Below are positions 52,554 through 64,000 of a stretch of DNA of 64,000 nucleotides, one piece after another. The notes below the pieces were generated by a model. The model had not been told where the DNA came from and made no database searches. It was given only the letters and a program-made list of their open reading frames with translations. Each line of letters starts with the position of its first letter. Positions within the stretch are counted from its first letter, which is position 1. The stretch is taken from NCBI RefSeq assembly GCF_006345805.1, contig NC_043010.1, forward strand, positions 32,550,001 to 32,614,000. The letters are read 5' to 3'. This stretch comes from Octopus sinensis (lineage: Eukaryota). Made by a program: the position numbers and the translations under genes.

Positions 52554-53324
52554 AGATAGACAGACAGACAGACAGCTAGCTTGACAGATGGACAGATAGT
52601 CCAACCAGCCAACCAGCTTGTGGCACGTAGCCTGGAGTAAGCCTTTTTGCTGGGTGTTGTAGCTCATTTAGTTAGTGCTTTTGAACCTGGGTTCTTCATC
52701 AGATATTTTTTTTTAATTCATACTTCCACTCTTTCTTGATGATGGTTAACAGCAGACATCTTTCCACACATCCAGCTCTGAGGCTAATTGCATCCCTCCC
52801 CTTCAACTAGTATACAGGTGGAGAAATCTCCATCATAATGTTGGAATATGGCACTGGGTGGTGTGGCCGTGTACAGACATTCCTTCACCCTAAAGTGAAG
52901 TGTCTCCCGGTCGATCCTATGTATGTCATCATCAGATACACCACGTTGGATTTAAAACATAGCCAAGCACTCTCTGTTAGTTGGATCATTCATGTTTTAG
53001 GCAGCATACATCCAGTATATTGTTGGTGTATGCAAGATAGTGTCAAGATGTTGACAGTGAGGTCGGGTCTCCAGACAGCATTTTTTAACTGGTTCTCCAC
53101 CATTTCCCCATAGTATGGAAGGTCAACACAAACTCAGTGTTTATTCTTCCTTCCATTGATCTGATCCCTGTTGTTCTTCTTTCTGTTAATGTTGTCACTC
53201 CTTTGGACATTCAAAGTTCCAGTTTCCATGGCACCAATCCAGTTATTGTCATTGCTGTCACTGTTGGCATTGTTGTCGCAGTTGTTGATGTTGTTGCCAT
53301 AGTTGTTGTTGTCATCAGTATGGC

Positions 53325-53355
<31 letters not shown>

Positions 53356-53884
53356 GGTGGCGGCTGTGGCGACGACGATGACGACAGTGATAACAATGAC
53401 AGAAGCGGTGGCAGTAGCAGCAATGCTGCTCATCATGATAATAACATCAATGGCAAGAGAGTCAGGGAAATAATTATTTTCTTCAGAACTCTTGATTGCA
53501 GTTTAGAGTTTCAATATTTTGACAGCTATGCTATAGACAAATGCCTTGTTTTAGATTACACATACATATACACTCACACACACAGATAGGGAAAATCCCT
53601 TGTATGTAACTGAGATATTCTAGACCCCAATCCAAAACCCTAACTCTAACAGAATGATATAAAAATCGCTCCTAAACATGGTTTATTCACATATTGTGGT
53701 GTGTCTCTTCTCTCTACATTTTTACCACTACAACAGTAGCCACTTCTTGGCATCCCTTAGTTTTATTGCCACCTCCACTCACACACTCTCAAATCCTTTT
53801 CCACATATTATCCACTGTATAGGTTCAAGCAGGCAGACAGACAGACAGACTGATTGGTTAAAGAGAAACAGAGAATGAAACAAC

Positions 53885-54003
53885 AGAAATATAATGTAGG
53901 ACAATTCAAATAGCAAAGTTGAAATACAATATAGGACAGCTGAAATAAAATGTAGGACAGCAGAAATATGATGTAGGATAGCTGAAATATAATGTAGGAC
54001 AAA
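53885..54003. repeat. Degenerate ~21-bp minisatellite (gctgaaatataatgtaggaca)
   Basis: About 5 copies, ending roughly 120 bp upstream of exon I. Confidence 0.8.
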
Positions 54004-54124
54004 GAAATGAAGATCTTCAGGTTGACAGATTATTCTAAAAAATACCAATGAATAAATTTCTAAAATGTTAACTTCCTTTTCATGACACTTGTTCATTAAA
54101 TAGAACTTTGATTTCTCATACCAG

Positions 54125-54237
54125 ACTACATCAGACGAATCCAGTTAACTTTCTCATCCAATATTGATCACATCAATAGATATGATCAGCAGTGGAGGTC
54201 CTGGCTTAAGAAACGACTGCAAGAGAGATTAATAGAT
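54125..54237 (+). CDS. SORCS: SorCS-like exon I: (N)YIRRIQLTFSSNIDHINRYDQQWRSWLKKRLQERLID
   Basis: tttctcataccag| acceptor, gat|gtaagt donor, 113 nt phase 1-0. Resembles the SorCS 'L.FSSNLD..N....EWR' segment. Absent from the ORF track. Confidence 0.87.
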
Positions 54238-54479
54238 GTAAGTTTATTTCTGAACTTTCTTAGTTTTTTCTTCATTTTATTTTTGTTTTTGTACAAGAAT
54301 GGCTGTGATGTTGATAAATAGTTCAAATCTTGTTATAGTCTATGAGCTGAATTCTTAAGAAAGGCACTTACTTTTGTCTTCTTCAGTCAACCTAGCTATC
54401 AAATATATATACATACCTATATCATTCTTAAGTGATTGGCAGTTGAAAATCTAATTGTTTAAAAGATATGGTGAAATAT

Positions 54480-54785
54480 GGGCCGACCAATGCCTTGTGA
54501 GTGGATTTGGTAGACGGAAACTGAAAGAAGCCTGTCGTATATATGTATATATATATATATGTGTGTGTGTATGTGTTTGTGCGTCTGTGTTTGTCCCCCT
54601 AGCATTGCTTGACAACCGATGCTGGTGTGTTTACGTCCCTGTCACTTAGCGGTTCGGCAAAAGAGACCGATAGAATAAGTACTGGGCTTACAAAGAATAA
54701 GTCCCGGGGTCGATTTGCTCGACTAAAGGCGGTGCTCCAGCATGGCCGCAGTCAAATGACTGAAACAAGTAAAAGAGAAAAGAGA
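54480..54785 (+). mobile_element. SINE family B copy (5'-truncated, little diverged)
   Basis: ggccgaccaatgccttgtgagtggatttggtagacgg...gtcaaatgactgaaacaagtaaaagag. Confidence 0.9.
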
Positions 54786-55205
54786 AATTTGAAATTGAAG
54801 AAACTGTTTGTAGCTTGCACTGGCAAAAATTCAAAGGGAAATTTAGAAATTGACTTACCTTAAAGTATGAAAAATTTAATGTTTCAAAAATTTAATGTTT
54901 TATCAAAGAGTCAAAGATAAAGTATTTAACACTATAACTTGGCCCAAGAGTAACTTTAGCCTAGCTCACCCTGTGCCAAAAATCAGGACAGGTCTCCAGT
55001 TTGAGAATAACTTCCTCCCATTATTCCACTAGTCACAGAGCTCCTGAAAATATTCATAAAAGCAAAAATGCTCTTCATTTCCATAAAGCACATATAGAGC
55101 AATTTCACTAGGGAAGAGATTTGTGAATCGATTTTCCAGTTTAACTCAGATCTCCAAATTATTCCAGTCACATTGGTACATTTTTCATCTCTCTTTATAT
55201 TCTAG

Positions 55206-55325
55206 TTGCTTCATGTAACAGCAGATCATCTGATTGTGTTTGTATACAATGAAATCCCACCAAAAGCTGATGTTACTCTTCTACCCAATAATCCACAATC
55301 AGTATCAGATAAAGACACTGACAAA
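55206..55325 (+). CDS. SORCS: SorCS-like exon J: LLHVTADHLIVFVYNEIPPKADVTLLPNNPQSVSDKDTDK
   Basis: ctctttatattctag| acceptor, aaa|gtaagt donor, 120 nt phase 0-0. Resembles SorCS 'L.V.V.PG.P..A...LLP'. Confidence 0.83.
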
Positions 55326-55714
55326 GTAAGTCAATTCATATTTATTCACATGGCATTTTCTTTCTTCTTTTCATGCATACATACATATTATTTTTTACAT
55401 GCGTACATTCTTTTTTATTTTATACATGTATACACACATCCATTCACATATTCACTCATTCATCAACAAAATTATAATCACAACCATAGCACATTTTTAT
55501 ATTTTATTTTTTCCATTCAGCAATTCATTAAACATATATTTATTACCATTCACAATTACCACCACCAATATACCATTCATTTTATTTTGTCCCTTAACCA
55601 CTAACTGACAATCAAATAAAAACAGTAGCACTTCAACTGGCTGAACACATCCAAAATACACACACACACATACATGCACAAACACACTCACTCACTTTCT
55701 CTCACACATACACA

Positions 55715-55790
55715 CACTCTTTCTTACACACACACTCTTTCTTACACACACACTCTTTCTTACACACACACTCTTTCTTACACACACACA
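55715..55790. repeat. 18-bp minisatellite (ctctttcttacacacaca) x4
   Basis: Seen directly. Confidence 0.9.
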
Positions 55791-57778
55791 GTTATTTGTC
55801 CAAAACAAATAGAAAAAGAACAGATGTTTTTCACTACCTCCCCCAAAATAGTCAATAGAACATGCCCTAACTTCTCCAAATAAACTTGGTTCTGTAAGTA
55901 AGTGCTTAAGTGACAATCTGGATAAACTAGGGTTTTTCAAAAATAGAAATTAACCAACTAACCCATGCGTTACAAATACAATCTGTAAGTGGAATAGTAA
56001 AAATATGCAAGACTTTTCTCAGGTTTAAAATGTTGACACCGTTTTGGTTGTCTACATTCCAGCAATAGAAGTTTGTATCTTTGTTAGAAACCAGCTTCTT
56101 CCTCAGAGGAAGAGTTTAAATAATTAAAAACAGAAAACATCCATATATCCATCGATCTACCTACCCATCCATCCACACATACATACGTACGTATGTATGT
56201 ATGTATGTATAAATATGTGTGTGTTTGAGTGTATATGCAAGATGTGGAGATCACGATATGAGTAATCATCACTGATGTAGGGTTTAGATTATGCTACCCT
56301 AAATTGTCAATAATTAAAAACATTCCATGATCATGATCCAGCCTTTCATTCAGGCAATCCATCTAATGCTTCATCATCCATCCAAAGTATCATTCCATTT
56401 TCTTAAGGGTGTGATATGTTAGAGATTTAGCTACTGCTACTAGCAAATCAAGCCATCGTGTAGTAGTTTGCAAGTTAGATGTGTTGTTAATGCACCGTAA
56501 GATTATGTCCCTGATATAATATGTGTGTCATCAGGATGAAAAGGAACTACCCTACTTAACAACAATAATTGAATTAATCATTAATACTAACTCTTTGAAT
56601 TTACATGACTATCAAACCCATACTGCAATATTGATTTCATTCAAATTAGTTTCTTTTTAAGAGAGATTGAAGCCTATTGAAAGGATTTTTTCTGCCATCA
56701 TTACTACCATTATCACCAATAATCATTAATATCATCGTCATCATCAACAACAACATTATTATCCTCATCATAATCATCATCATTATAGCTATCATCGTCA
56801 TCGTTATTATTATCATCATTGTCGTTGTCATCATCATCATCATCATCATTATTATTTACATTTCAGGATAATGATGAGAATCCAATGAATATTAAACATT
56901 ACTAAATAGAATTAAAAATGAAAAAAAGGAAGCATTAACAAAGATTTCAAAAATTTTCTGTCTGTTAGAAATAAGATTATCTCTTTATCATTGGCATAAA
57001 TATATCTTCTTTTTGCTGGGTGTAAAAGTGATTATAAACAAAATTGAATCAAAGAAAGTAAAATATAAAAAAAAAGAAACCAAAACAATAAATAGAAAAA
57101 CTATATAATGTGAATATGTTTTGTATAATGATTATATCCGTTGCCTGTTATGATAGCACACTTTGTGGTTTAATCACTTTATCAGAACATTAAACTATTG
57201 CATCAACCAGCTTGCAATGGTCTCCTGTATTTGTGGTTATTATGCACCATCATTATCAATATTGAGCACCAGAGCCATATTCCTACCAACACCCATCTAT
57301 CCACCTATCCATCATACTGCATCACCAAAAAGTTTGATGGCTATGTTTTTACCCAGCTTGTCTACTGTGGTACCGCAGACATAACTAGAGCTATAGAGTA
57401 AATGCCTACTGTAGTACTACAGATATTACTGGAATTATAGACTGAATTGCCACTGAGGTACTTTTGTTAATACTAGTATTATAGCTTGCTCAAGTGTCTC
57501 CTGCAATATCTCCAATATCACAGGAGCAACAGATTGTTTGAGTCTCCTCTGTGATATCTCAAATACTTCTGTAGCTATGGACATTGTATCCATAGTGATA
57601 TTCCAGATACTGTTGACAAAAAGTTCCATATTTATCAATGATTACTAGGCCAAATAATAAGAGTTTTTGCTTTAATATTTTGAAATTTTGCTACTTTATC
57701 AATCTATCTAGGATGATATTATTTACTTCTATTCAATAAAGATTTTATTTTTATAAGTTAATTCTGGAAGTTGGGATT

Positions 57779-58025
57779 ATCATCGTCATCAACATTTAAT
57801 GTCCATTTCCCATGCTGGCTTAGGTTGGATGGCTTGACGGGAATTAGCAAGGCCAGGGGGCCACACCGGGTCCAATAGTCTCTTTTGTCTTGGTTTTTAC
57901 AGCTAGATGCCTTTCCTAATGTCAGTCACTTTACAGTGTACTAGGTGCTTTTTATGTGACACCATCACCAGTGCTATTTAATGTGGTACCAGCACCCACA
58001 CCAATGCTTTTTATGTGGCACATTG
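57779..58025 (-). mobile_element. RTE 3' UTR-derived copy (old)
   Basis: catcgtcatcaacatttaatgtccatttcccatgctggc...gatgcctttcctaatg. Confidence 0.7.
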
Positions 58026-59118
58026 GTTTCAGGGTCTTAATTTTGTTGTGGGTGGGTTTTCTCGAGTACAGCAATGCATCACATATTTCATTCCTCTGCC
58101 ATCTCCTTCGTAAGATTCAGCATTTTGGGATAGCATCTTAAACTGAAGAAATTTGTGTGGTTAATGTCTAATCATCTGAATGTCAAGGTTTGCAGGAAAA
58201 ACATTGATACAGAGGGAATATTTACAACATGGTAAACTCTGCTAAAAGGTAGCCAAGGAGCAGGCAGTGTGGTAGTGTTAATCTGTACAACACTTTTATC
58301 GTAATCACCCAGATTGGTATAGGTATAATAGTAATGCAAATAGTGATCAAATTATATATAGGGAACAATTCCATCTTGTTTCACCCTTAGATGTTTTGAA
58401 AATTGAGGCAAATATTTCTTCTGATTTTTTACAATAAAATGTGGTAGGATCCACAATAAATATAGTAAACTCTAGGTAGTTGTTTATTATTGTTGTGTTC
58501 TTTATCTCACAAAATGCATTATCTACACTTGAAATACGATGATTTGACACAGCTGATTTGGGCATTGAGCCTGTTTTGGCAATGGTATTTTTTGGTGCTG
58601 GAAGCAAACACACACATATGCATGTGCTCACAGAACTATTCATATACAGACAAAGAGAGGGACAGAGAGAAGCATTGCAATTTATTTATTGAACACAAAT
58701 AACAAAAACATTTTTCTTCTCCTCCTGCACATAGAGAAATATACTCAAAAACAGCATGAGAAAGAGAGGGAGAAAATGAAAGAGAGAACAAGTGGAACAT
58801 TAAAATGTCTGATGTTAAATAAGTCACCATCAAATTAATGACACTAAATAAGTGGCACCCAAATGGCTGTGCCAAAACATCTCATATCCACTTACACAAC
58901 ATCAATACTTATTTTCTTCAGTTTTCTAGAATACAGTAATAAAAAAGACAATATAACCATCACTGTCAGTTTATCCTCACTTCCTCTTCCATTGTGATTG
59001 GTGATCAAGTAGTAATGGTGGTAGTGGCAGTGTTGTTGTTGTTGTTGTGATGAAATTAATCCCCAGTGTCACTCAATTGTCTAAATTTTATTCCATTTCA
59101 TGATTTAACCCACTTCAG

Positions 59119-59215
59119 TTGGTGGAAAACCTGTTATCACTGGTGAAAGAAAGAGACATAGATATCAAATGGTTGGACAGTATTATCAAAGTGACAGGGG
59201 CCTCTATACAGAATG
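59119..59215 (+). CDS. SORCS: SorCS-like exon K: LVENLLSLVKERDIDIKWLDSIIKVTGASIQN (juxtamembrane)
   Basis: cacttcag| acceptor, g|gtaagt donor, 97 nt phase 0-1. Open frame continuous with exon J. Confidence 0.78.
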
Positions 59216-59310
59216 GTAAGTAAATATTTCATTTCTTTCTCTTAGATGTGTATTACTTAGATTAAACCAAATTTTCTACTAAATCTCATAAACTGAAAAC
59301 TTGGTTACTC

Positions 59311-59700
59311 TCTCTCTTTACTCTTTTACTTGTTTCAGTCATTTGACTGCAGCTATGCTGGAGCACCACCTTTAGTCAAGAAAATCGACCCCGGGACTTA
59401 TTCTTTGTAAGCCCAGTACTTATTCTATCGGTCTCTTTTTGCCGAACCGCTAAGTTACGGGGACGTAAACACACCAGCATCAGTTGTCAAGCGATGTTGG
59501 GGGGACAAACACAGACACACAAACATACACACACATATATACGACGGGCTTCTTTCAGTTTCTGTCTACCAAATCCACTCTCAAGGCTTTGGTCAGCCCA
59601 AGGCTATAGTAGAAGACACTTGCCCAAGGTGCCACACAGTGGGACTGAACCCAGAACCATGTGGTTGGTTAGCAAGCTACTTATCACACAGCCACTCCTG
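59311..59700 (-). mobile_element. SINE family B full-length copy, inverted relative to 54480-54785
   Basis: Reverse complement aligns to 54480-54785 over about 300 bp and extends to the tRNA head (cacacagccactcctg at 59685-59700). Confidence 0.9.
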
Positions 59701-59803
59701 CTAACAGATTAACAATAAAGAAAAAAATTCACAAATGATTAATATGTAAAGAGAATAGAAAATGTTATAATAATGGTAATAATAATACTTATTATTAATA
59801 TTA

Positions 59804-60361
59804 TTTCCTTTGCACAGCTTCTAACGCTGTGTCTACTATGGTGTCAGCTGTTCACTACTGGTGAACTAAGGTAACACCTCTTATTTTTTGAGCATCTTCC
59901 AGAGTATTCAAGCAGTATCAAGCAGTGCTATTTTCTGTAAGTGCTCCACCCTTATTGCAGCCCCTATTTGTTCCATGTACTTCTCGGGATTTTTACTCAC
60001 TGTTTCCAGGGCTCTCTACCACCTTTTTCATCGACCACAACTGCTTTACCTCCCAAGTTAACCGTCATATCTAGTGACTTTTCTTTCTTCCTTATTGCAT
60101 ACCTTGTTGTCAGCTGGGCGTACTATATCCAGCATAGTTTGGTTTCTTTATCAATTAAAACTATATCTGGCTTCCTATTCTCTATCTCATGGTCGCACTG
60201 AATCATAAAATCCCACATGATCTTTGCATTATCATTTTTGATGATGCTTTCGGGTTTGTGGTCATACCAATTTTTTTCTCTGTCAAGTCCATACTTCTTG
60301 CAAAGTTAAGTCCATACTTGTTGTCCAATGGACAAGCCTTGCTATATTGTCGTGGTGTCTC
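59804..60361 (-). mobile_element. 5'-truncated R4/Dong-like non-LTR retrotransposon (REL endonuclease end)
   Basis: Minus-strand translation RHHDNIARLVHW...LCKKYGL...WYDHKPESII.ND.AKIMWDFMIQCDHEIENRKPDIVLIDK (PD..D REL motif). (TAA)n-type repeats on both sides. Confidence 0.85.
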
Positions 60362-60369
60362 ATTATTAA

Positions 60370-60403
<34 letters not shown>

Positions 60404-61641
60404 ATTTCATGAAAACTCTCAGCTTATTTTGCTGGGTATGATGATGAGTGTCAGCTGCTCACAGTTATTATCAGCAGCAGCAGCAACAGCAGTAGTAGTA
60501 GTAGTAGTAGTAGTAGTAATAGTAGAAAAAGAAAGTTTTCAGTTGAGAAATTTGCTTCCTAGCCATATTGTTTCTGGTTCAATCCCATTTCATTTCATCT
60601 TAAGCAGTTGTCTTCTTTTATGGCCAAGAGCAGATAAATATCACTTGACAGTCGTATCACTACCATAATAATAACTAGCTGGACCAAAATATCCCAGTTA
60701 CACAAACGTAAACGGAATTATTATTTAATCTTAAAATACATTGTATATATTCAAAGAACCTTAATGTACAAATTTAAATGCAAAAGAACGAAATAATAAA
60801 TGGATTTATGAATGAAAGTTTGGTAATTGCATTTATTTTCACCACTCGACACTTATTATTGCAAACATGTTTTAACTAACCTGAACTATACACACACACA
60901 AATACATTCATATATATATGTCTCAAGTTGTATCTGTAATTCAAAGGGGCAAGCTTTGCCATATTCTGTGTGAGGTTGAATTTCCCTGAGAACTACATTA
61001 ATGTTATGCATGTCTGTGGAATACTCAGCCATTTGTGAATTAATTTTATCCTTGTGTGGTAATGAAAAGGGAAATTGACATCCAATATTTGCTGTGTGTA
61101 TGTATCTATGTATGAACTTTTCTTTGGATTTATGTATCTACTGTCTCTCTCACTTTGTCTTTTTCTCTTTCACTTCTTTTGTGTCCCTCTTCTCTCCTGC
61201 TTTTGATTTAACAATGTGTATATGTACCTATGTATCTACTTCTCTTGCAATGTGATAAACATTTAAAAATACAAAACGAACACCATCACCACTCACTGTC
61301 ACTTTCACTCTATCTCTTTCTCTCTCACTTTTTCTCTATCTTTCTCTCACTCTCTTTCTTTTCTCTCTTATATTCTCTCTGAAACATTTAAAAACACAAA
61401 ACGAACACTGCCACCACTCACTGTCTCTTTCACTCTCTCCTTCTCTTTCTCTCGCTCTCTTACTTCCTCTCTGTCCTCCTCTCTCTCGCTTTACCACTTC
61501 TTTGAAGTAAGTGTGATGCACACAACAGGTACATACAAAAACAAAAAGTTGACGTAATAATATTATTGATAATAATAATAATAATTTACCCCTGTGTCAC
61601 TTTGATGGCATGCACTGCTCTCTCACTCAATAATAATAATA

Positions 61642-61673
<32 letters not shown>

Positions 61674-62169
61674 AACGATGACGACGTTGATGGTGGCTGC
61701 TCCTGTCAGTTTGTTAGTTTTGGTGTATGAATGTTTGAAGGAGAGAGGTTTTGAAAAAAAGTGGAGAAAAGAGAAAACAGCTTTTAAAAAGGAAGAAAAA
61801 AAGAGGCTGCATTTATTCATGATGGATGCATGAATGTAATTTGACTCCAGATATGGATTTTGCTATGATGTTACAATGGGGAACACTGATGATTTCGAAT
61901 TTGACTGAGATTGAGCAAATATGCCTGTTGATTGCAGGATATAATTCTTTTTATTGTTCTTTTTCTTCAATTCAAATTGTTTTGATGTATCATGACACAT
62001 CTTATGCCATGCAGATTGATCAAGGCAAGGACTTTCTCCAGATGTCAAGTTAAGCTGTAGAGATTTTAGTTATTGCTCCAGCTTATCCTTATACCTAAAG
62101 ACAGGTTTTCTTTTATTATGTATGGCCACTTGTTGGCCATACAAAAGAATTTTTGGAATGCTGTCATTT

Positions 62170-64000
62170 TTCATTTGAACAATATCTTACTCATCTACAC
62201 TGAATTCTCAGCAGCATAATTTGGATACTGGAAATATCACATTTTTGTAAGATTTTGACAGTTGATATCTTATCTTGCCATTCAATGTTGCAGATATTTC
62301 GCAGACAGCACATGTGAAAGGTTTCACATTTCTTTATATGTCTGTAGTAGGGAGTCCATGCTTCTGCCCCATGCAAAAGTGGGCCCAAAATACAAGATTT
62401 GTATACACTTATTTTAGTTTTCAGACTGACACAGTGTTCATCCCACAAATGATGGAAAAGTTTTCCAAAAGCACTTGTAGCCTAAGATATTCTAACATTG
62501 ATTTCATCAAGAGAATGCATAAAGTTTATTGTATTTCCAAGATATTTAAATGACTTGATCTACTTGAGTGACTTTTTGTCTATCATCACATTTGAATTTT
62601 AAGTATGTCCTGCCACAGGCTTTGGTTGGAATAAAATTTCAGTCTTCTTGATGCCCATAGTCAGTCCAAATGCATGAGCTGTTGCAGCAAACCTGTTGCC
62701 CATTTCCTGAATTCCCTCCAATGTACGAGATATCAAAACACAATCATCAGAAAATAGAAAGTCATGTAAAATCTCTTCCTTGGTCTATTTCATTGAATTG
62801 AAATTTTGCCCTTTTAGGTTTAGTAGATTTGCTGTGCAAAACTGGAATTTTACACTTTCATGATAATCCCTGAAAACATGTTGGAGCATCATTGAAAAGA
62901 ATATGAAAAAAGTACAGTGGCAACAGAAAATGCCTCTGAATATTGACTACTAGATATCACTGTTGCCATCATTACTTTATGCAGGGATGCTATTACTCTT
63001 ATCATTTTATCAGGAAGACCAGCTTTTGACAAAATTTTCCAGAGTATCTCACAATTCACTATCAAAGGCCTTGGTCAAATTGACAAAGATCATGTACAAG
63101 TTAGTATTTTGTTCACGTTCTTTCTCTTGAACTTGTCAGAGGGCAAAAATCATGTTAAATGTGCCTCTCCCAGTTCAAAATCCACATTGGGGTTCAGGAT
63201 ATATGCTGTTTATTACATATTTATTGATTGCAGTTTAGGATCACCCTCACAAGAATTTTTCCAGCCATGCACAACAAGCTTATTCCCCTGTGATTATCAC
63301 ACTCACTCTTCTTCCCCTTGTTTTTGTACAGTGCATTATAGATGTATATTTGAAATGACAGGGAACAGATCCAGTTTCTCAGATCAAACATATCAATTTG
63401 TGAAGCTTTCTTACAAGTTGTCTACCACCATGCTTGTGCACTTCTATGGGAATATTGTCTTGTTCAGGAAAGTTTCTTAATAACAGTACTTATCTCTTCC
63501 AAAGAAGGATCTACTACTAGTTCCTCAATTATAGGCCACTGAAGGATTTCATTCATTACATCAAGATTGGTAGAGAATTCTTGATTTAATACAGATTTAA
63601 AGTGTTCAGCCCATCTTTTCAGAATTTCGGCTTTGCTACTTAAGAGTTTTGTTAGAAAACCTAGATTCTACACCACTCTTTTTTTAACCAAATACACCTT
63701 TTAGATTGTCATCTAGTGCTCTCAAGTTGTGAGAGTTCTAATTCTTGGCCTTTTTTTTAGCCCAGCAAGAATTTTTCATCTCATGCAAATTTTTCTGGGT
63801 AGTTTTTCTAGAAATGTACAGAGATCTGAGTGTTGGTGAGTTTTTATCTGAGATCCATTCTTTATGTCTCTTATGCATAGTTTCTAGGAGAGATTCAATT
63901 TGAGAATTATTCTCATCAAACCAATCTTGGTGCTGCTTCTTCAGCAGATGATCTGATGCTGTCATGAATATTGTGCAAAAATTCAGGATCATTACTTTTT
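62170..64000 (-). mobile_element. Degenerate BovB-like RTE LINE
   Basis: 'KKQHQDWFDENN..I..LL' (63738..63992) and 'SLKTKISVYKSCIL..LLHGAEAWT.Y.RHIKK.E.FHM.CLR.IC.I.WQDKI' (62191..62448). Confidence 0.85.

Noticed and set aside
53134-53589. Low-complexity ORFs (poly-V/G/D, poly-P/T/N)
   Set aside because: They come from trinucleotide repeats (GTT/GGT/GAC)n and are open on several frames for compositional reasons.
57435-57638. Minus-strand 67-aa ORF as a nested gene
   Set aside because: No recognisable domain, splice context or partner exons.
59216-64000. Transmembrane exon of the receptor
   Set aside because: I found no phase-1 exon encoding a hydrophobic helix with proper splice sites. The hydrophobic ORF at 60189-60668 comes from (TTA)n/(GTA)n repeats and antisense R4 sequence.

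Overview
AT-rich, repeat-dense eukaryotic DNA whose repeat content (tRNA-derived SINEs with internal microsatellites, RTE LINE tails ending in (GAT)n, Penelope-like relics) looks like an octopus (octopod cephalopod) genome; the taxon is my inference. The window lies inside one large plus-strand gene. I reconstructed 11 phase-consistent GT-AG exons by hand (2917..59215, 1439 nt, about 479 aa). They encode the end of a VPS10 beta-propeller, the 10CC cysteine module, two PKD-like domains and the juxtamembrane region of a SorCS-like sorting receptor. The N-terminus and the transmembrane/cytoplasmic exons are not in the window. The introns hold decayed mobile elements: Expander/RTE, HERO, L1/Tx1, CR1, R4/Dong, BovB-like RTE, Penelope-like, Tc1, piggyBac-type MITEs and two SINE families. 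No prokaryote-type system or CRISPR array is supported. The best leads concern RNA structure in the pre-mRNA: two long foldback elements, an inverted SINE pair bracketing two exons (circRNA/ADAR candidate), a degenerate minimal hammerhead ribozyme, a hairpin-repeat array in an RTE 3' UTR, and a cryptic stop-containing exon just upstream of where the missing TM exon would come. Identity values are estimated by eye.
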